Of a stretch of 64,000 bases of DNA, positions 59,645 through 64,000 are shown one piece after another. The first letter of the stretch is position 1. Each line of letters starts with the position of its first letter. The DNA is from Spirochaetia bacterium (GTDB lineage Bacteria; Spirochaetota; Spirochaetia; DSM-27196; Salinispiraceae): positions 416,001-480,000 of the forward strand of contig JBBRCZ010000001.1 in NCBI GenBank assembly GCA_038204425.1, given 5' to 3'. The translations under genes were made by a program, and so were the position numbers. The notes beneath the pieces are model-generated. The model did not search any database. It worked only from the letters and a program-made list of their open reading frames with translations, and had not been told where the DNA came from.

Positions 59645-60324
59645 AGGTTTACCTTTTGCGCTAGATCAGCACAGGATTGCAGATCCTGTTTACATTCACC
59701 ACGTGCTTTCTTAAAAAGCTGCGCAGTTAGAGTATCAAGGTCACCGTGTTTTTGAAACCCATGGCAGATTACTCTACAAAGCAAACAATTTAGATCCAGA
59801 TCATTTAATGATTGCCGCCATTCTGAATCGGCATAGCTGCGGCCTGGCTCAATATAGTCAGCAACAAAAAGCAGTTTTGCCAGCTCACCCATGCCGGGAT
59901 GGCCGAGCGTATGGTGAGAGACGGCAGATTCAACTTCATGATCATAGTAGCCAAATTGATGGGCCAGTAGGTGCGCTGCAACTTTTCCATGAAGTAAAAC
60001 AGGTTTTGATTTCTCAAAATCACTGATTGCTAGACCATTGTGGGCGCAATACTTGAGCAAATTGTTGTTTGGCCATTCTCTGGCCATGTCGTGGGCTCTT
60101 GAAGCAATAAGTGCCTTGTTGGGGTCTATGGCAAACTTCTGTGCAAAGTTTTGTGCGGTTTGCTCAACTCGCTGGACATGATCACGTCTGGATGCACTGA
60201 CGTTATCGTTCAAATAGTCCTGAAGACTCATCATTAGTTTCTCGAATGAAAAAGATGAGTCAATTTCAGCTGCCACCCGAGTCCCCCAAGCAGTATAAAT
60301 ACACCCTGATGCTTTGCATGTCAA
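59641..60324 (-). CDS. yqeK: HD-domain Ap4A hydrolase YqeK
   Basis: R.DHV.RV, AHDMARE, LLHG, HHTLG, LFVADYIEPGR; real start probably further downstream. Confidence 0.88.
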   Translation of the reverse strand: MTCKASGCIYTAWGTRVAAEIDSSFSFEKLMMSLQDYLNDNVSASRRDHVQRVEQTAQNFAQKFAIDPNKALIASRAHDMAREWPNNNLLKYCAHNGLAISDFEKSKPVLLHGKVAAHLLAHQFGYYDHEVESAVSHHTLGHPGMGELAKLLFVADYIEPGRSYADSEWRQSLNDLDLNCLLCRVICHGFQKHGDLDTLTAQLFKKARGECKQDLQSCADLAQKVNL

Positions 60325-60352
60325 TAATTTGGACTAAAGTGTTCAAGAACAA

Positions 60353-61354
60353 CTAGTCAGGCGTTTTGCCAGGGTGAGCAAGATCCCAAAATGCTTTTTT
60401 GAGTTCGCCTAGTCCAAGGTTAGTATGAGCGGAAATACCGTAAATTAGCTCATCTGGATGATTTGCAGTAAAGGCCTTAAAAGCATCGGCAGCCTCTGGC
60501 ATGTCAAGCTTGGTTGCAATAATCAATCGTGGTCTAGAAACTAATTCAGGGGCATACTGTGAAAGTTCTGAGAGCAATGTTTTGAAGACATGCTCATGAT
60601 CAATCTCTTCACTCATATCTACCAAAAACGCCAGCCCTGCCGTCCGGTGGATGTGCTTTAAAAAGCGAAAGCCAAGACCAAGCCCCTGACTCGCGCCTTC
60701 AATAATGCCTGGAATGTCGGCCAAAACGAGTTCTTGATTGTGAATATACATAACACCAAGATTGGGAATTTTGGTAGTAAAGGGATAGGCAGCAATCTTT
60801 GGATCAGCGGCTGTTAGCACCTTAAGCAAACTAGACTTTCCGGCATTTGGAAAACCCACAAAACCAATATCAGCAATCAGGTTCATTTCAATCTTCAACT
60901 CAATCGAGTGACCAGGTAGTCCAGGTTGAGCATAGCGCGGAGCCTGAACGCGACTTGTCGCAAAGTGCATATTGCCTTGTCCACCCCTGCCGCCCTTGAG
61001 CAGCACAATTTCATCGCCATCGTTAACCAAGTCAAGCATAAGCTCAGAACTCTGTGCGTCTAAAATACGGCTCCCGGGTGGAACCGCAATAATTACACTC
61101 TCACCATCGCTGCCACTTTTTTGCCTGCCTGCACCTGGTTGCCCATCACGAGCAAAGTATTTTCCGTTTGGCCGCAAATGGGTTAAAGTCTTTAGATTGC
61201 TTTGCACCTTAATGATTAAGTTGCCGCCACGGCCACCATCACCACCGTCTGGACCACCTCGCGGAATGTATTTTTCGCGCCTAAAAGACACACAACCATG
61301 CCCTCCGTCTCCGGATGCAGCATGGATGAAGAGTTCGTCTATAAAATGACTCAA
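60353..61354 (-). CDS. obgE: GTPase ObgE/CgtA
   Basis: FRREKYIPRGGPDGGDGG, GFPNAGKSS, YPFTT, DIPG, FLKHI. Confidence 0.97.
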   Translation of the reverse strand: MSHFIDELFIHAASGDGGHGCVSFRREKYIPRGGPDGGDGGRGGNLIIKVQSNLKTLTHLRPNGKYFARDGQPGAGRQKSGSDGESVIIAVPPGSRILDAQSSELMLDLVNDGDEIVLLKGGRGGQGNMHFATSRVQAPRYAQPGLPGHSIELKIEMNLIADIGFVGFPNAGKSSLLKVLTAADPKIAAYPFTTKIPNLGVMYIHNQELVLADIPGIIEGASQGLGLGFRFLKHIHRTAGLAFLVDMSEEIDHEHVFKTLLSELSQYAPELVSRPRLIIATKLDMPEAADAFKAFTANHPDELIYGISAHTNLGLGELKKAFWDLAHPGKTPD

Positions 61355-61369
61355 GTTTGTCTACAGTCC

Positions 61370-61633
61370 TCAGGCTTGAACGGAAACGGGTTGAATAGTA
61401 ATAAGTTTTTTACCAAGCCGTTCCTTAAAAACCACAATGCCTTCAGCTTTGGCAAACAAAGTATGATCCTTGCCACAGCCAACAAAAGCTCCTGGATGAA
61501 AGCGAGTACCACGTTGACGAACCAAAATTTCTCCAGCCTTCACCAAAGTTCCACCATATCGTTTTACACCAAGTCTTTGGGCATTTGAATCACGACCGTT
61601 CTTGGAACTTCCCGCGCCTTTTTTATGTGCCAT
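61370..61633 (-). CDS. rpmA: 50S ribosomal protein L27
   Basis: [27 protein letters not shown]. Confidence 0.98.
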   Translation of the reverse strand: MAHKKGAGSSKNGRDSNAQRLGVKRYGGTLVKAGEILVRQRGTRFHPGAFVGCGKDHTLFAKAEGIVVFKERLGKKLITIQPVSVQA

Positions 61634-61642
61634 TTTTTTCTC

Positions 61643-61999
61643 CTAACCTTGTTTTTCTACTGTTTGTTCTATCTCAATAAGTCCATCCGCCTCTGAAGCA
61701 GCATCGTTTAGCTCTCTCAGCAATAGGTCGCATGCGCCCCGCAACCATGGCCTTACTTCCTTGCTTGTTTTACCGAACTTCAACTCCAAAGAACCTGCAT
61801 GGGCGGCATGTCCGCAAAGCTCAATTCCTGAAGTTTCGATCACCAGACGAGCAAAGGATCGTAGGGCGGAAGAAACGGCCGCACACGCTGGACTAAACGC
61901 TTGGCTTTCTAACGGCGCGTGACCGGTCGAAACAAGCTGCGTTACAATACCATTCCTATCCGTGCGAACCCGAATCTTAATGATAGAAGGTGGCGGCAT
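61643..61999 (-). CDS. prp: Ribosomal-processing cysteine protease (Prp/YsxB, DUF464)
   Basis: GHA...CAAVS motif; located between rplU and rpmA. Confidence 0.85.
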   Translation of the reverse strand: MPPPSIIKIRVRTDRNGIVTQLVSTGHAPLESQAFSPACAAVSSALRSFARLVIETSGIELCGHAAHAGSLELKFGKTSKEVRPWLRGACDLLLRELNDAASEADGLIEIEQTVEKQG

Positions 62000-62023
62000 T
62001 CCAACGTCTCCTCTACGAGGTGC

Positions 62024-62335
62024 TTAAGCTTTTACGGACTTTACTCGCAAAAGGCTAAACTGTTGTCGATGTCCCTGCTTGCGGCGATAATCCTTGCGAC
62101 GTTTAAACTTGTAAACCGTGACTTTGTCAGCTTTATAAATTCCTTCACTTACCGCACTTACTTTGGCGCCTTTTACAAAAGGGCCACCAAATGAAACTTT
62201 ATCATCTGAGCTAAGCAACAAAACTGACTCAAATTCGACTGTTTTGCCTTCTTCTACATCAATTAGGTCAACTTTAAGTAAGTCACCTTCTACAGCTTTA
62301 TATTGCTTGCCTTTAATTTCTACAATTGCATACAT
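62024..62335 (-). CDS. rplU: 50S ribosomal protein L21
   Basis: MYAIVEIKGKQYK, KRRK.YRRKQGHRQ. Confidence 0.98.
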   Translation of the reverse strand: MYAIVEIKGKQYKAVEGDLLKVDLIDVEEGKTVEFESVLLLSSDDKVSFGGPFVKGAKVSAVSEGIYKADKVTVYKFKRRKDYRRKQGHRQQFSLLRVKSVKA

Positions 62336-62361
62336 CGTGTACTAACTTCCTTCTCTTCAAT

Positions 62362-62390
62362 ATTATACCACTTAGATAATTCAGACTGAA
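62362..62390 (-). promoter_or_regulatory. Extended -10 promoter of the rplU operon
   Basis: TGGTATAAT with a weak -35 (TTCAGT) 17 nt upstream. Confidence 0.6.
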
Positions 62391-62440
62391 CTTCTACCAT
62401 AAAACCTTGGCATGGGTCAATCGACGGTCACGGCTAAAAT

Positions 62441-63907
62441 CTATTCAGGCAACGAAGTCGCACCCATTAGGAAGGCATCAGCTGTTTTTGCTGCGCCACG
62501 TCCTTCGTTGATAGCCCAAACAACCAAGGATTGTCCGCGACGGGCATCGCCTGCGGCAAAAACCTTGTCGACATTGGTGGCATAGTTTCCATAACGGGCC
62601 TTAAAGTTACTTCGTTCGTCCAGTTCTATCCCAAGTGCGTGGGCTATCTCGGCTTCTGGTCCCAAGAACCCCATAGCTAGTAACACCAAATCTGCCGGCC
62701 AGGTTTCTTCTGATCCGGCAATTTCTTGCATCTTTGGTGGGCTGCCAGGTTCTTTATTCCACTGAACTCTTACGGTTTTTACGGCCTTAACGGCCCCATT
62801 ACCGTCATCTACAAATTCTTTTGCCAAAATGCTATATTCTCGCGGATCATTGCCCAAGACTGCCTGAGCTTCCTCATGCCCGTAGTCAAGCTTATACAAA
62901 CGTGGGTAGGTTGGCCAAGGGTATTCTTCGGTGCGTACACTGGCTGGTTTGGGCAAAACTTCAAAGTTAACCAGACCCTTACAGCCATGTCTCATGCTGG
63001 TTCCCAAACAATCGTTGCCAGTATCGCCTCCACCAATTACGACTACGTTCTTTTCTTTGGCGTTAATGTAGTTTCCATCCGAAAGCTTGCTATCCAAAAG
63101 ACTTTTAGTATTGGCCGTCAGGAAATCCATAGCAAAATGAACACCCTTTAATTGGCGACCAGGAATGGGAAGATCTCGTGGTCGTGTGGCGCCACACGCC
63201 AGAATTAGAGCGTCGTTGTCTTGATGAAGTTTACTTGCATCTAAGTTCTTGCCAACCCATTGTCCTGTTTTGAATAAAACGCCTTCTTCTGCCATAAGAT
63301 CAACACGTTTTTGCACCAGTACCTTGTCGAGTTTCATGTTGGGAATACCATACATAAGCAGCCCACCGATTCGATCTGCTCGCTCATAAACAGTCACCTG
63401 GTGCCCAGCTTGGTTTAGTTGATCTGCTGCAGAAAGCCCAGCCGGGCCAGAACCAATGACAGCGATTTTTTTTCCTGTTCGCATGGAGGGAATGCGGGGC
63501 GCCATCAAACCATGTTCCCAGCCTTTATCAATTATGGCAGCTTCATTGTCTTTAATTGTTACCGCTGGCTCGTTGATGCCAAGAACACAAGCTGTTTCGC
63601 AAGGAGCCGGACAAACACGCCCGGTAAACTCCGGAAAATTATTGGTTTTTCTCAGACTATAAAAGGCTTCTTCCCAGCGTCCGTGAAATATCAGATCGTT
63701 CCACTCCGGTATGAGATTGTGTATTGGGCACCCGAAAGAGGACTGGCAAAACGGTACACCACAATCCATACAACGGGCACCTTGCTTCTCTCGTTCTTTG
63801 CTATCAAGTTCTACATGAAACTCATCAAAATCTTTAATTCTTTGGCTTGCACTGCGGTCAATAATTGTGACGCGCTGATATTCCATAAAGCCAGTTGGCT
63901 TTCCCAT
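62441..63907 (-). CDS. gltD: Glutamate synthase small subunit
   Basis: [17 protein letters not shown]...[41 protein letters not shown]. Confidence 0.97.
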   Translation of the reverse strand: MGKPTGFMEYQRVTIIDRSASQRIKDFDEFHVELDSKEREKQGARCMDCGVPFCQSSFGCPIHNLIPEWNDLIFHGRWEEAFYSLRKTNNFPEFTGRVCPAPCETACVLGINEPAVTIKDNEAAIIDKGWEHGLMAPRIPSMRTGKKIAVIGSGPAGLSAADQLNQAGHQVTVYERADRIGGLLMYGIPNMKLDKVLVQKRVDLMAEEGVLFKTGQWVGKNLDASKLHQDNDALILACGATRPRDLPIPGRQLKGVHFAMDFLTANTKSLLDSKLSDGNYINAKEKNVVVIGGGDTGNDCLGTSMRHGCKGLVNFEVLPKPASVRTEEYPWPTYPRLYKLDYGHEEAQAVLGNDPREYSILAKEFVDDGNGAVKAVKTVRVQWNKEPGSPPKMQEIAGSEETWPADLVLLAMGFLGPEAEIAHALGIELDERSNFKARYGNYATNVDKVFAAGDARRGQSLVVWAINEGRGAAKTADAFLMGATSLPE

Positions 63908-63933
63908 ATTGTCCTCCTGTACTAGTCAAATGC

Positions 63934-64000
63934 TCAATGGACTGCAGCTGCAGCTTTCTTTTGCATTATCGATCGGTATGCCGGTGATATTACTTTGACA
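63934..64000 (-). CDS. gltB: 3' end of glutamate synthase large subunit (partial)
   Basis: Manual translation VKVISPAYRSIMQKKAAAAVH* resembles the GltB C-terminal (F)VKV.P..Y motif and lies just upstream of gltD. Confidence 0.7.
   Translation of the reverse strand, partial: VKVISPAYRSIMQKKAAAAVH

Overview
A 64 kb, densely coding and mostly minus-strand stretch of core bacterial chromosome. It is most likely from a spirochaete (Spirochaetaceae-like), inferred from the rplU-prp-rpmA-obgE-yqeK-LCP-rsfS and spoVG-tRNA(Gln)-rplY-pth-tilS-ftsH gene orders. It contains potABCD, hslO, slyD, argH, two K+ uptake systems (KtrAB-like and TrkAH), an orphan beta-class DNA methyltransferase, stand-alone MnmD, Fur/PerR, an M16 peptidase, menA-like, pduO, a LysM/M23-sigma70 (RpoS-like) pair, tRNA-Asp, tRNA-Gln, lepA, a reduced chemosensory cluster, ftsH, nadBC, ribosomal protein genes and gltD with the 3' end of gltB. 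I see no CRISPR array, transposase, integrase or prophage. The best candidates for something undescribed are: (i) a monocistronic small basic protein that starts with an AT-hook-like GRPRK, followed by an H-NS-like helix and an SH3-like barrel (possible new nucleoid-associated protein); (ii) an acyl-CoA-synthetase-like pseudoenzyme behind a near-consensus promoter; (iii) a STAS-cheA-cheB-hybrid kinase-receiver operon with no MCP, cheW or cheR; (iv) a sigma28-like promoter ahead of the LysM/M23-sigma factor-pduO operon. All assignments come from motif reading by eye; no database searches were run.
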